This document shows positions 37,446 through 48,603 of a DNA stretch of 64,000 bases, piece after piece. Location of the stretch: NCBI GenBank assembly GCA_963667175.2, contig CAXXXF010000011.1, positions 56,331-120,330 on the forward strand, written 5' to 3'. This stretch comes from Candidatus Latescibacterota bacterium (GTDB lineage: Bacteria > Latescibacterota > UBA2968 > GCA-2709665). The first letter of the stretch is position 1. Every line of letters begins with the position of its first letter. The translations under genes were made by a program, and so were the position numbers. The notes beneath the pieces were generated by a model. It saw only the letters and a program-made list of their open reading frames with translations, did no database searches and had not been told where the DNA came from.

Positions 37446-40400
37446 ATGAAATACGGGGACCTGATTCAGTTTGAGCCCATAGAGTCCGTAATCCAATTGC
37501 GGGACGCTAACGAAGCGACTGCAGCTCGGCAGCTTGTGGAGACCTACGTCATATCCGGAGAGATGGCTGAGAAACTGGTGGATGTGGTCATCCCTCAGTT
37601 GCAGTTTGAGCAGCCGACCGACAACAAAGGACTTCTGGTCGTCGGCAACTACGGCACGGGCAAGTCCCACCTCATGTCGGTGATCTCCGCGCTCGCGGAG
37701 AATCAAGGACTTGCATCCAGTCTCAACAATGCCGACGTGGCGGATGCTGCCGAAAAAATCGGTGGACGGTTCAAGGTGGTCCGCACCGAAATCGGCGCCA
37801 CCACCATGTCCCTGCGGGACATCCTTGTAGCCGAACTGGAGGAACGTCTTGCAGCGATGGGTGTGAGTTACAGTTTCCCCTCTTCCGACCAGGTATCCAA
37901 CAACAAACGATCGTTCGAAGAGATGATGACCGCTTTCCACGACGAGTTCCCGGACGATGGTCTGCTCCTCGTGGTGGACGAGTTGCTCGATTACCTGCGC
38001 GCTCGCAAAGACCAGGAACTCATCCTGGACCTGAGTTTCCTACGTGAAATCGGCGAGGTCTGCAATGACCTGCGTTTTCGTTTCATCGCGGGTGTACAGG
38101 AAGCCATCTTCGACAGCCCCCGCTTTTCTTTTGTGGCCGACAGTATCCGCCGGGTGAAAGATCGGTTCGAGCAAGTACTCATCGCCCGAAAAGACGTCAA
38201 ATTCGTGGTGGCTGAGCGTCTGCTCAAGAAGACCGGGGAGCAACAGGCCAGGATACGCCAGTACCTGACAAGATTCAGCAAGTTCTACGGCCACATGAAC
38301 GAGCGGATGGACGAGTTCGTCCGCCTATTCCCTGTACACCCGGATTATATTGAAACGTTTGAACGGGTGACGGCCGTAGAGAAACGGGAGGTTCTGAGGA
38401 CACTCTCACTGGCGATGAAGAAGATGCTCGACCGAGACGTACCAGCCACCCGTCCCGGGCTCATTGCCTACGACACCTACTGGTCGAACCTCCGCGAGAA
38501 TCCATCGTTTCGTGCCGTACCGGACATCAGAGCGGTCATCGACTGCTGCCAGGTGCTGGAGGCCCGGATCCAGCAAGCCTTCACACGTCCGACCTATCGA
38601 CCCATGGCGATGCAGGTGATCCATGCTCTTTCGGTACACCGGCTTACAACCGGAGACATCTACGCTACACTGGGTGCAACGGCCAGGGAGTTACGTGACG
38701 GGCTCTGCCTCTATCAACCGGGAGTGGAAGACCTTGGCGGCGACCCGGCCGACGACCTGCTTTCACAAGTGGAGACCGTCCTGCAAGCAATCCATAAGAC
38801 GGTCAGTGGGCAGTTCATTTCATCCAACCCCGATAACCAACAGTACTATCTGGACCTGAATAAGACCGAGGACTTTGACGCACTGATCGAGAGGCGTGCC
38901 GAAAGCCTCGACACGTCCCAATTGGACCGGTTCTACTACGAGGCCCTCAAGAGAGTCATGGAATGCACAGATCAAACCTACGTCACCGGGTACAAAATCT
39001 GGGAGCACGACCTGGAATGGTTGGAACGGAAGGCCGTGCGGCATGGCTACCTCTTCTTCGGCGCGCCCAATGAACGCTCCACCGCCGTACCTCCGCGGGA
39101 TTTTTACCTGTATTTCATTCCCCCGTTTGATGTACCGCATTTCAAGGACGAAAAGAAACCCGACGAGTTGTTCCTCCGGTTGACAAGCGCAGACGACGAA
39201 TTCCGCGCGGCGCTCGGAAACTACGCTGCGGCTCTGGACCTGGCTTCCACTTCATCCGGGCATGCCAAGTCTATCTACGAGTCCAAGTCGTCGCTTTTTC
39301 TGCGGACATTGGTACAGTGGCTTCAAAAGCAAATGGCAGATGCCTTCGAGGTCACCTACCAGGCGCGTGCCAGGTCGATCACGGAGTGGGCGAAAGGCAA
39401 GTCTATTCGAGAACTGTCTGGCATCGGACCTAATGAGCGCCTCAACTTCCGTGACCTGGTCAACGTCATCGCCGGTGTCTGCCTGGGAGCACACTTCGAA
39501 GACATAGCGCCTGAATATCCTTGCTTCTCAGTTCTCGTCACCAGGGAAAACCGGGAACAGGCCGCACAAGATGCCCTGCGCGCGATTGCCGGCCAGAACC
39601 GCACCAGACAGGCGGTCGCTGTATTGGACGCTCTCGAACTGCTCGACGGCGAACACCTGGATCCGAACAAATCAATACACGCCAAGCATGTTCTTGAACT
39701 GCTTAGCCACAAGGGACATGGCCAGGTGGTCAATCGCTCCGACCTGATACAGGCAGATAATGGTGTGGAATACATGGACAAGGACCGACAGCGGCTGGAA
39801 CCCGAATGGGTCGCGGTCGTCCTGGCTGCGTTGGTCTATTCCGGCGACCTGGTTCTCGCCACTCCAGGCAATAAGTTCGACGCCGTCAGCCTGCAGCAAC
39901 TGGCAGGTTTTGGCATTGGCGAGCTCAAAGAGTTCAAACACATCGAACGGCCCAGGAACTGGAACCTACCCGCGCTCAAGGCGCTGTATGAACTGCTCGG
40001 TCTCACACCCGGCCTGGCTCAGTTAGTCACCCAGAGCAAGGAAGAACCGGTCCGACAGCTGCAGATAGCCATCTCCGAATCCGTAGAAAAGTTGGTGCTC
40101 TTGCAGCAGAGCCTGCAAGTCGGTCTGATCTTCTGGGACCGCAACCTGTTGGCCGAGGAAGAGACGCAGCAACTCCGCACCCGGCTCGACGCGACCAAGA
40201 CTTTTCTGGAATCGCTCCAGGCCTATGTCTCGCCCGGTAAGCTAAAGAACTTCCGCTACGATGCTCAGGAAGTCGCGTCCCATCAGGATGGACTCAGTTC
40301 CCTGGCTGAGATCGAGTCCCTCGAGGCATTGGTGGCCGATCTTGGCACTACTGCGTCCTTTCTTTCCACCGCCGAGGCGGTACTGCCTGCGGAACATGAG

Positions 40401-41174
40401 TGGGTGAACAAAACAAAAGAGGCACGTAATAGGGTCCTCGCCCAACTCGGCGACCCGGACAAGCGCGGCGCGGCCACATTTCGCCAGCAGACCCGGCGCC
40501 AACTGATCGTTCTCAAGAAGGCCTATATACAGACCTATCTGGATATGCACACCAGGGCGCGACTAGGGATAAATGAGGACAAGCGCAAGACCGAGCTGAT
40601 GAATGACGAGCGGCTCAAGTTGCTGAAGAAGCTATCCACCGTTGAGTTGATGCCCCGCCAGCATCTGACCTACTTTCAAGATCGCCTGGCCGGATTGAAG
40701 AGTTGCTTTGTCCTCACAGCACAGGAGATGGACACCGCGCCCGTCTGCCCGCATTGTGGCTTCAAACCAGGCGCAGAGCCGGCCACGGCTCCTGCGGGAA
40801 CAGAGCTGGATGGTTTGGACGACGAACTGGACAGACTGGTCGCAGACTGGACCCAAACGCTACTGACAAACCTGGAGGATCCGACGACAAAGGGCAATCT
40901 GGATTTGGTCAAGCCGGAGCCAAGGAAGCTGGTGAACGGCTTCATCGACAAGCGGGGCCTTCCGGACGAACTCGACGAGGATTTTATCCATGCCCTGAGG
41001 GAGGTGCTTTCCGGGCTCCAGAAGGTACCGATCAAGACCGCTGACCTGCGCGCCGTCCTGCTCTCCGGCGGTTCCCCGGCAACACCGATGGAAATGAAGA
41101 AGCGGTTTGAAGAGTACCTGGAAGAACTGACTCGGGGAAAGGATTCTGACAAGGTGCGGATTGTGCTGGAGTAA
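37446..41174 (+). CDS. brxC: BREX-3 ATPase BrxC (DUF6079)
   Basis: [18 protein letters not shown], Walker [10 protein letters not shown], Walker [17 protein letters not shown]-terminal CPHC; 1242 aa directly after brxF. Confidence 0.9.
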   Translation: MKYGDLIQFEPIESVIQLRDANEATAARQLVETYVISGEMAEKLVDVVIPQLQFEQPTDNKGLLVVGNYGTGKSHLMSVISALAENQGLASSLNNADVADAAEKIGGRFKVVRTEIGATTMSLRDILVAELEERLAAMGVSYSFPSSDQVSNNKRSFEEMMTAFHDEFPDDGLLLVVDELLDYLRARKDQELILDLSFLREIGEVCNDLRFRFIAGVQEAIFDSPRFSFVADSIRRVKDRFEQVLIARKDVKFVVAERLLKKTGEQQARIRQYLTRFSKFYGHMNERMDEFVRLFPVHPDYIETFERVTAVEKREVLRTLSLAMKKMLDRDVPATRPGLIAYDTYWSNLRENPSFRAVPDIRAVIDCCQVLEARIQQAFTRPTYRPMAMQVIHALSVHRLTTGDIYATLGATARELRDGLCLYQPGVEDLGGDPADDLLSQVETVLQAIHKTVSGQFISSNPDNQQYYLDLNKTEDFDALIERRAESLDTSQLDRFYYEALKRVMECTDQTYVTGYKIWEHDLEWLERKAVRHGYLFFGAPNERSTAVPPRDFYLYFIPPFDVPHFKDEKKPDELFLRLTSADDEFRAALGNYAAALDLASTSSGHAKSIYESKSSLFLRTLVQWLQKQMADAFEVTYQARARSITEWAKGKSIRELSGIGPNERLNFRDLVNVIAGVCLGAHFEDIAPEYPCFSVLVTRENREQAAQDALRAIAGQNRTRQAVAVLDALELLDGEHLDPNKSIHAKHVLELLSHKGHGQVVNRSDLIQADNGVEYMDKDRQRLEPEWVAVVLAALVYSGDLVLATPGNKFDAVSLQQLAGFGIGELKEFKHIERPRNWNLPALKALYELLGLTPGLAQLVTQSKEEPVRQLQIAISESVEKLVLLQQSLQVGLIFWDRNLLAEEETQQLRTRLDATKTFLESLQAYVSPGKLKNFRYDAQEVASHQDGLSSLAEIESLEALVADLGTTASFLSTAEAVLPAEHEWVNKTKEARNRVLAQLGDPDKRGAATFRQQTRRQLIVLKKAYIQTYLDMHTRARLGINEDKRKTELMNDERLKLLKKLSTVELMPRQHLTYFQDRLAGLKSCFVLTAQEMDTAPVCPHCGFKPGAEPATAPAGTELDGLDDELDRLVADWTQTLLTNLEDPTTKGNLDLVKPEPRKLVNGFIDKRGLPDELDEDFIHALREVLSGLQKVPIKTADLRAVLLSGGSPATPMEMKKRFEEYLEELTRGKDSDKVRIVLE

Positions 41175-41178
41175 CTGC

Positions 41179-43065
41179 ATGACTCAGGATGAACTGATAG
41201 AACTGCTCAATGCGCACGAATGGCGTGACGTTGAGTTCAAAGAAGCACAGACCGATGTGCCAAGAAACGCCTACGAGACGGTATCTGCTTTTGCAAATAC
41301 CGACGGTGGTCATCTTGTGTTCGGTGTCAGGAAAAACGGCCAAGGCTTCGAGGTCGTTGGCGTTCTTGACATTGACAAGGTTCAGAGTGATTTCCTGACT
41401 ACGTTACGGCAACCCGACAAACTGAGCGTCATCGTGGGTGTCCATGAAGAACTGCGAAAACATGGTGAGTCGGACCTGCTCATCTTCTATGTGCCAGAAG
41501 TGCATCGTTCGCGCAAGCCGGTCTTTCTGAACGGGGACATTCGCCGCTCGTTCATTCGAAGCGGAGGAAGCGACATTCGCTGCTCGGACAGCGAGCGGAA
41601 CCGATTTCTCGTAGACGCGGCGGCGGAACGCTTTGACAGCCAATCCGTCGACTTCAACCTGGATACCGCGTTCGACTCGGATAGCATCAGGTGGTACCGA
41701 GCAATCTACGAAGGACGGCCGGGGAACCGATCTCATGCAACGCTATCCGACACGGATTTTCTCAACGAGATGGGCTTGCTTGTCGAAGAGCACGGCCAGG
41801 TATCACCGTCGTGCGCTGCGATTCTACTATTTGGCGCCAATGCGACTTTCCGACAACTTCTGCCACGTCCCGTAGTGGACTGCCAGCGGTTTTTGCAGGC
41901 TCACGACAGGGCCGACACTGCTGAACGCTGGATCGACCGCCTCGTCTTTGACGAAAACCTCATCCGTACCTGGCAGGCCCTTATCGATTGGTACCAAAAA
42001 TCCGTGGATCGACCGTTCCGAATTGACCCGGCAACCTTGCTGCGTGACGATGCGCCGCCGGACTACCGCGCCGTTCGCGAATCTATGGTCAACCTTCTCA
42101 TCCACCAGGATTACTCCGATCATTCTCGGAAGGCGTTTATCCGCCACCATACCGACCAGACCGTTTTCTGGAATCCCGGCGATGCCTTCGCGACCGAAGT
42201 TGATCTACTGGAACCAGGTGAAAAGGAGGTTCGCAACCCACGAATCGTGACTGCTTTTCGGCGCATCGGACTGAGCGAGAATGCCGGATGGGGATTGCGC
42301 GACGTCTTCCGCAATTGGCAGCAATTGGGTCACGTTCCACCTACTATCGCCAACATCAAGGGACGCAAGTGCTTTGAACTCATCCTGAGAAAGGAAGAGC
42401 TTCTGTCGGAGCAGCAGATTCTCTACCAGGCAAGCCTCGGCGTGCAACTCACCGACGAACAGGCAAGGGTATTCGCATTTGGCTGTCGGGAAAAGGCAAT
42501 CACGCTTCCCCAGATCAAGGCCGTGACCGGCCTTGCAGGACCAGATGGTGTGGAGCTTGCCGACGCCCTGGTCACCAAAGTGCTCTTCAGAACCATCGAA
42601 GCCGGCAGAAAGTACGCCCTGGCCGAGCATTTGGTGGATCGGATTCGCAAAACTGACGAAGCTGCTGACCAACCCAGGGTACGGGGTGAGGACCTGGTCA
42701 CTGCACAAGTTAAGTCCGGGCGGCCCGACTTGTCCACTGCACAAGTTGAGGGACATTCCGATGACTTGTCCACTGCACAAGTTCCCCCTCTGAACGAGCT
42801 CTCTGCTACCCATTGGGAAATAATCGACTTCTGCGACGTGCCCCGTCGGCTGACCGAGATTTTAGAAGCCCTTGGCGTGACCAACCGAGGTTATTTCAAG
42901 GAACACCACCTCGACCCGCTGATTCAATCCGGGATTGTGACAATGACCAACCCGGAGAAACCCAGGGCGTCGAATCAGAAATACGTCATTACAGGAGCGG
43001 GGGTCCAACTGAAGGCACGGCGTACGTTAGAAAAAAACGACCGAAGTGAGAACAAAAATGGCTAA
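41179..43065 (+). CDS. Schlafen/AlbA_2 + HATPase_c_4 (RecG-C-like) + HTH protein
   Basis: EWRDVEFKEA, SAFANTDGGHLVFGV, RESMVNLLIHQDY, WNPG, RNPRIVTAFRRIGLSENAGWG, C-terminal 'MTNPEKPRASNQKY'. Confidence 0.85.
   Translation: MTQDELIELLNAHEWRDVEFKEAQTDVPRNAYETVSAFANTDGGHLVFGVRKNGQGFEVVGVLDIDKVQSDFLTTLRQPDKLSVIVGVHEELRKHGESDLLIFYVPEVHRSRKPVFLNGDIRRSFIRSGGSDIRCSDSERNRFLVDAAAERFDSQSVDFNLDTAFDSDSIRWYRAIYEGRPGNRSHATLSDTDFLNEMGLLVEEHGQVSPSCAAILLFGANATFRQLLPRPVVDCQRFLQAHDRADTAERWIDRLVFDENLIRTWQALIDWYQKSVDRPFRIDPATLLRDDAPPDYRAVRESMVNLLIHQDYSDHSRKAFIRHHTDQTVFWNPGDAFATEVDLLEPGEKEVRNPRIVTAFRRIGLSENAGWGLRDVFRNWQQLGHVPPTIANIKGRKCFELILRKEELLSEQQILYQASLGVQLTDEQARVFAFGCREKAITLPQIKAVTGLAGPDGVELADALVTKVLFRTIEAGRKYALAEHLVDRIRKTDEAADQPRVRGEDLVTAQVKSGRPDLSTAQVEGHSDDLSTAQVPPLNELSATHWEIIDFCDVPRRLTEILEALGVTNRGYFKEHHLDPLIQSGIVTMTNPEKPRASNQKYVITGAGVQLKARRTLEKNDRSENKNG
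42691..42783 (+). repeat. Three 21-bp direct repeats at 36-bp period inside the CDS
   Basis: GACTTGTCCACTGCACAAGTT at 42727 and 42763, with a 3-mismatch copy GACCTGGTCACTGCACAAGTT at 42691, separated by unrelated 15-bp spacers; encodes DL(V/S)TAQV. Confidence 0.85.
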
Positions 43066-45838
43066 CCATGACGACAACTCGTCCCTGTTCTCCGCCGCCC
43101 CTTCCGTCGAGCCGAAAGGGCCGGTGAAATGTCTCGGCATGACCTTCGAAAGCGACGAGAAACGTCGGGAGTATTTCCTTGAGAAGCTACGCGGAAAACT
43201 CAAGGACCCTGAGTTCCGCAAGATCGAGGGATTCCCCATTGGCGAAGACGAGGACATCCTGGCACTGTCCGATCCGCCGTACTACACGGCATGCCCAAAC
43301 CCGTTCATTGCGGATTTCATCAATCACTATGGGAAGCCGTATGACCCGGGAAACGATGACTATCGTCGCGAACCATTCGCTGCGGATGTGAGCGAGGGGA
43401 AAAACGACCCGATCTATAATGTTCACTCCTATCATACGAAGGTGCCACATAAGGCTGTCATGCGGTATATCCTTCACTATACACAACCAGGGGATGTCGT
43501 TTTTGATGGTTTTGGCGGGACTGGTATGGCTGGGGTGGCAGCCCAATTATGCGGTAACCGCAGTGTCGTTGAGGGGCTTGGCCTCAAAATAGATAAAGAC
43601 GGCACAATTGCTGACGAAGAAGGTCATGCATGCTCAGTACTTGGTCGACGAAAGACAATCATTAGCGATCTTTCTCCCCTGGCGACCTATGTTTCATCGC
43701 GATATAACGACTTTGATTCCTCTCAATATTCGGACAAGAAATGCCAGGATCTAATCAAGTCGCTCGAAGCAGATTTCCAAGATTTATACAATACAGAAGA
43801 TCCCCATTCTGGCAGTTCTGGACGTGCACTATTCTACGTATGGTCCGATGTTTTCTCATGTCCCGATTGCTCTTATTCCTCAAGTTTATTTGAATTTGCG
43901 GTAGACCAATCTACATACAAGCTAAAGCATAGTTTTCCCTGTCCCTCGTGTAACGCTGAGCTTGCCAAGGAGAATCTGGACCGCGTTTGGACGACGCAAA
44001 CCAGGGAGGTTGGTGATGGGTTCGCAAGGGTGGCGAAGTGCCGACTCGTGCAAGTCTGCGCGAAATTCGGCGACCGCACGGTTCGATTTTCTCCGACGCA
44101 GTTTGACCGTGATGTGCTCAAATCTGTCGAACGAAGGGGATTTGATTGGGTCCCTAGACGAGAATTCCCACTTGGTCGGCAAACCCGCAAAGTAAAATCA
44201 GGCTCAGGAATTGCCACAATCGTACAAATGTTCACACCTCGTGCGCTTGCTATAATTAGCCGTGCATGGAGTCGGATCACTGAGGTAGAACGGAGCGCTT
44301 ATAATTCTTCCGCTCTCTTCTTGCTTTCATCAACTCTAACACTTCTCTCGAAACGAGAACGCTATCGAGATGGAACTGGAAAGGGGGCGCAGTCGGGAAC
44401 CCTTTACGTTCCGTCGCTTCAGATAGAGAAGAATGCGTTTGACGTTATCGAGAGAAAGAGGAAAACATTCTCGGCCCTGAACCTCAAGACAAGGAGGTGC
44501 AATGCAGTCGTCACCTGTCAATCTCACAACGACTTGCGGAACATAGCGTCAAATTCCATTGACTACATCTTCACTGATCCACCGTTCGGTGAATCACTCC
44601 AGTACGGCGAGCTCAATTTCTTTCATGAGGCCTGGTTCCGTATTCACACCAGATTGGAGAATGATTGCGTACTTAACTACGTTCATGAGAAGGATTTGGT
44701 GTTCTACAAGAGGCTAATGTCTGGAGCATTTGGCGAGGCGTATAGAATTCTGAAGCCAGGAAGGTGGATAACTGTAGAGTTCCACAACTCACAAAACAGT
44801 GTATGGATAGCAATACAAGAAGCTCTTTGGCATGCAGGATTCAACATCGCTGATGTTCGAGTATTGGACAAGAAGCAAGGCACATTCAATGTTGTCAATC
44901 GAGCCGGTGCCGTTAAACAAGACCTCGTGATTTCTGCTTACAAACCGAACGGCGGTTTGGAGGAACGTTTTAGGATTACTGCCGGGACGGAAGATGGACT
45001 ATGGGACTTTATCCGAACCCACCTGAAACAGCTTCCGGTTTTTGTTTCCAAGGACGGTCAAGCTGAAGTCATTGCGGAACGTCAGAACTTCCTACTCTTC
45101 GACCGTATGGTGGCATTCCATGTCCAGCGCGGAGTGACGGTTCCTTTATCCGCTGCCGAGTTTTACGCAGGTCTGGAACAACGATTTCCCCAACGTGACG
45201 GCATGTATTTCCTACCTGATCAGGCGGCTGAGCACGACAAGAAACGTATGACGGTCAAAGAGGTTTTCCAACTGCACGTTTTCGTTTCTGACGAGGCGTC
45301 GGCCATTCTGTGGCTCAAGCAGAAACTCGCGAAGACACCACAGACTTTCCAAGATATCCATCCGCAATTCTTGAAAGAGATCGGCGGCTGGCAGAAGTAT
45401 GAAAAGACTAGAGAGCTTTCCGAACTGCTGGAGCAGAACTTCCTGTGCTACGACGGTCGGGGCGAGGTACCGAGCCAGATTCACAGCTATCTTTCGTCGA
45501 ACTTCAAGGAACTCCGCAACCTGGTCAAGGGCAACTCATCGCTCAAGGCTAAGGCCAAGGACCGTTGGTACGTGCCCGACCCGAACAAGACTGGTGACCT
45601 GGAGAAGCTGCGCGACCGAACTCTATTGCGGGAATTTAAGGAATACCGTGAATCCAAACAGAGACGACTAAAGGTATTTCGCCTCGAAGCAGTCCGCACA
45701 GGATTTAAGAAGGCATGGCAAGAACGCGATTACGCCACGATCATCTCGGTAGCGCGCAAAATACCAGAAAAAATCTTGCATGAGGACCCAAAGCTACTAA
45801 TGTGGTACGATCAGGCGGTCACACGCAAGGGAGAGTAG
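43058..45838 (+). CDS. pglXI: BREX-3 adenine DNA methyltransferase PglXI
   Basis: LSDPPYYTACPNP, HSYHTKVPHKA, motif I FDGFGGTGM, motif IV YIFTDPPF, TVEFHNS, KQDLVISAYKP, LLMWYD. Confidence 0.9.
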   Translation: MANHDDNSSLFSAAPSVEPKGPVKCLGMTFESDEKRREYFLEKLRGKLKDPEFRKIEGFPIGEDEDILALSDPPYYTACPNPFIADFINHYGKPYDPGNDDYRREPFAADVSEGKNDPIYNVHSYHTKVPHKAVMRYILHYTQPGDVVFDGFGGTGMAGVAAQLCGNRSVVEGLGLKIDKDGTIADEEGHACSVLGRRKTIISDLSPLATYVSSRYNDFDSSQYSDKKCQDLIKSLEADFQDLYNTEDPHSGSSGRALFYVWSDVFSCPDCSYSSSLFEFAVDQSTYKLKHSFPCPSCNAELAKENLDRVWTTQTREVGDGFARVAKCRLVQVCAKFGDRTVRFSPTQFDRDVLKSVERRGFDWVPRREFPLGRQTRKVKSGSGIATIVQMFTPRALAIISRAWSRITEVERSAYNSSALFLLSSTLTLLSKRERYRDGTGKGAQSGTLYVPSLQIEKNAFDVIERKRKTFSALNLKTRRCNAVVTCQSHNDLRNIASNSIDYIFTDPPFGESLQYGELNFFHEAWFRIHTRLENDCVLNYVHEKDLVFYKRLMSGAFGEAYRILKPGRWITVEFHNSQNSVWIAIQEALWHAGFNIADVRVLDKKQGTFNVVNRAGAVKQDLVISAYKPNGGLEERFRITAGTEDGLWDFIRTHLKQLPVFVSKDGQAEVIAERQNFLLFDRMVAFHVQRGVTVPLSAAEFYAGLEQRFPQRDGMYFLPDQAAEHDKKRMTVKEVFQLHVFVSDEASAILWLKQKLAKTPQTFQDIHPQFLKEIGGWQKYEKTRELSELLEQNFLCYDGRGEVPSQIHSYLSSNFKELRNLVKGNSSLKAKAKDRWYVPDPNKTGDLEKLRDRTLLREFKEYRESKQRRLKVFRLEAVRTGFKKAWQERDYATIISVARKIPEKILHEDPKLLMWYDQAVTRKGE

Positions 45839-45840
45839 AC

Positions 45841-48603
45841 ATGAACGAGTGGAACTGGAATGGGGCACGTTGGTGGAAGTGTGATTTGCACACGCATTCC
45901 CCTGAATCCAAAGACTATGGGAAAGGACCAAACCAAGAGGCTCTTCAGGGTCGATCCCCTCGGGAGTGGCTACTCGACTACATGCACGCGGAAGTCGATT
46001 GCCTCGCAATCACAGACCATAACACCGGAGCATGGTTTGATCGTGCCAAGTCTGCATTGATTGAACTCGAATCAGAAAATCCAGATGGCTTTAGACCGCT
46101 CCACATATTCCCGGGCGTGGAAATTTCGGTCAATTCTGGCGTCCACCTACTGGCGATACTGGCAGGTGAATCGACGACTTCGGACATTGACTCGCTTCTT
46201 GGCGCCGTTGGGTTTCCTTCGAAACACAAGGGTTCAAGCGACGCCGTAACAACAAAGTCGTTCATTGAGGTCGTCGAAGCCATTGTAAATGCTGGTGGCA
46301 TTGCGATTCCGGCCCATGTGGATGGTTTCAACGGACTCTTCGAGTTGCAAGGGACCACGTTAGAGCAGACACTGGACTGCAGAGAAATTGTCGCAATGGA
46401 GCTTACGGACCCAGCGTATCAGAAACCACAGCTCTATAACAACAAGAGTCTGCGTTGGACTGAAGTCGTCGGGGCGGACGCCCACCATCCATCTGGTAAC
46501 ACTGAACAGCGTTATCCCGGTAGCCACGTCACGTGGGTCAAAATGGGATCGCCCAGCATCGAGGGATTGCGGTTAGCTTTGTTAGACGGTGCGCTGTCTG
46601 TGCGTCGATCCGACCAGGGAACGGATGACCCAAATGAACACGCTTCGTTGGTGTTGGAATCATTCGAGGTTTCGCGAGCGCGCTACATGGGCCGCACCCA
46701 AGTTTTCACTATCGGATTCAACCCGTGGTTCAACGCTATCATCGGTGGCCGAGGCACAGGTAAATCGACGGCAGTAGAGTTTCTCCGCATTGCCTTACGA
46801 CGGAAGGCTGAATTGCCGGAGGACTTGCAGCCTGAACTTGAACAATATAGCAAAGTAAATGGGCAAGACGGCGGACTGCTAACGGAAGATGCATGTATCA
46901 CGGTTACATGTCGGAAAGAGGGAGAGCGGTTTCGTATCCAGTGGAATTCGGCAGGCCAGCTTGAACCAATCGAGCGAGAAACTGATGGACAATGGCAACG
47001 CGCCGAGGGCGAAATCCAGCAGCGATTTCCAGTGCGAATTTACAGTCAGAAGCAAATCTTCCAACTGGCAAGAGCCCCGCTTGCGTTGCTAAGAATCATC
47101 GATGACGCACCGGAAGTTGATCTACATACCTTAATTGAAAAAAGGAATATACAAGAAGGCCGGTTTCTTTCTCTACGGGCCATGGCAAGAGAAATCACGG
47201 CAGGTCTTGCAGAGGAACAGCGCCTTCGGGGAGAGCTGGAAGACGTTAGACGAAAGCTGGAGATCTTTGAACAGTCGGGACACTCCGAAATCCTCAAGAC
47301 CTATCAAGAACGGACCCGTCAATATCGCGAAGTCGAGACTTGGGAAGAAAGTTGGACCGGAACAGGCGACCGGTTGCGCAAAGTTGCGGCAGAAATAGTC
47401 CCAGAACACCTGGATCGTTCTTTATTCAATGCTGATTCACCTTCAGATGAGGATCTCCAGCAGCGTGCGACGAAAACGCACAGCCAAGTCGATAGAATCA
47501 GAAATTCGGTCGAACTAATCGCGTCGCAAGCGGATGAAGTTGTGTCCGGTTGGAGAAAAAGCAAGGATGCGTCGACCTGGAAACAGAGTGTTGATGCTGC
47601 CATGCAAGAATACAACGAATTGACAGAAAATCTGTCCCGAGAAGGGGCCGGCGACCCCGCGGCTTACGGCGAACTCGTACAGAAGCGCCAGGTCATAGAG
47701 CAACGGATAGAAGAGCTGGAGAAACGGGAAAAACAGGTGAGGGTTCTGAATGAACAGGCAGATGAACACCTGCAAAATTTGCTGAAACTACGCCGGGAGT
47801 TCACAGCGTCTCGTCGAAGTTTCCTCAAAGCAGTCCTTAAAGATAACCCATATGTACAGATACAGGTTGATCCCTACGGTGCTCATGAAACGGTCGAAGG
47901 ACAGTTGCGACGCTTACTCCAGAGAGAGGATGGCAGGTTCGAGAAAGACATTGGATCGCCGGAAGGCGGGGGATTGCTTGGGGAAATCTATGGTGTGGAT
48001 GACGGTGCTGAGATGATTGAGTAAAATCTCCTGAATATAAAGACCCGTGTCAAGGAGATCGCGTCAGGTGAACCCGGCATTAGGTCAGTGGCTGATCGGC
48101 GTTTTGCAACTCACGTCGGCAATCTCCCTCCTGAAGCTATTGACCGCATTGAACTCTGGTTTCCAGAAGATTCTTTAAGGGTCCGATACAGCGCAAGGGG
48201 CGATGGTCAGCGTTTTAGATCAATAGAAGAAGGTTCACCTGGCCAGAAGACAGCGGCCCTCCTGGCGTTTCTGCTTTCATACGGGGACGAGCCGTTGATT
48301 CTAGACCAGCCGGAAGACGATTTGGACAATCATCTGATCTACGAATTGATTGTGACCCAATTGCGAGCGATCAAACTTCGTCGACAGGCCATCGTCGTCA
48401 CACACAACGCAGACATCGTTGTCAATGGTGATGCGAATTTGCTGGTAGGGCTCGCCGCACGTCGCGGAGCAATGCAGACAGAATGTGAAGGCAGCCTGCG
48501 GGAGCAGCAGGTAAGAGATACCATTTGCGCGGTGATGGAGGGTGGACGTAAGGCCTTTGAAGACCACTCCCGCCGCATCTCGCTGGAAGGACAACATGTT
48601 TAA
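45841..48603 (+). pseudogene. PHP-domain + SMC/ABC-type ATPase (Ppl-like), split by an in-frame TAA at 48022-48024
   Basis: CDLHTHSP, AITDHN, PGVE, PAHVD, ADAH; Walker A IIGGRGTGKS; coiled coil. After the TAA the same frame continues NLLNIKTRV... to GSPGQKTAALL, LILDQPEDDLDN, VTHN, MEGG. Confidence 0.85.

Noticed and set aside
42691-42783. CRISPR array
   Set aside because: Only three repeats, 15-bp spacers, in frame within a CDS, and no cas genes.
48022-48024. Selenocysteine/pyrrolysine recoding or an alternative genetic code
   Set aside because: The stop is TAA, and TAA, TAG and TGA all terminate ordinary genes in this window.
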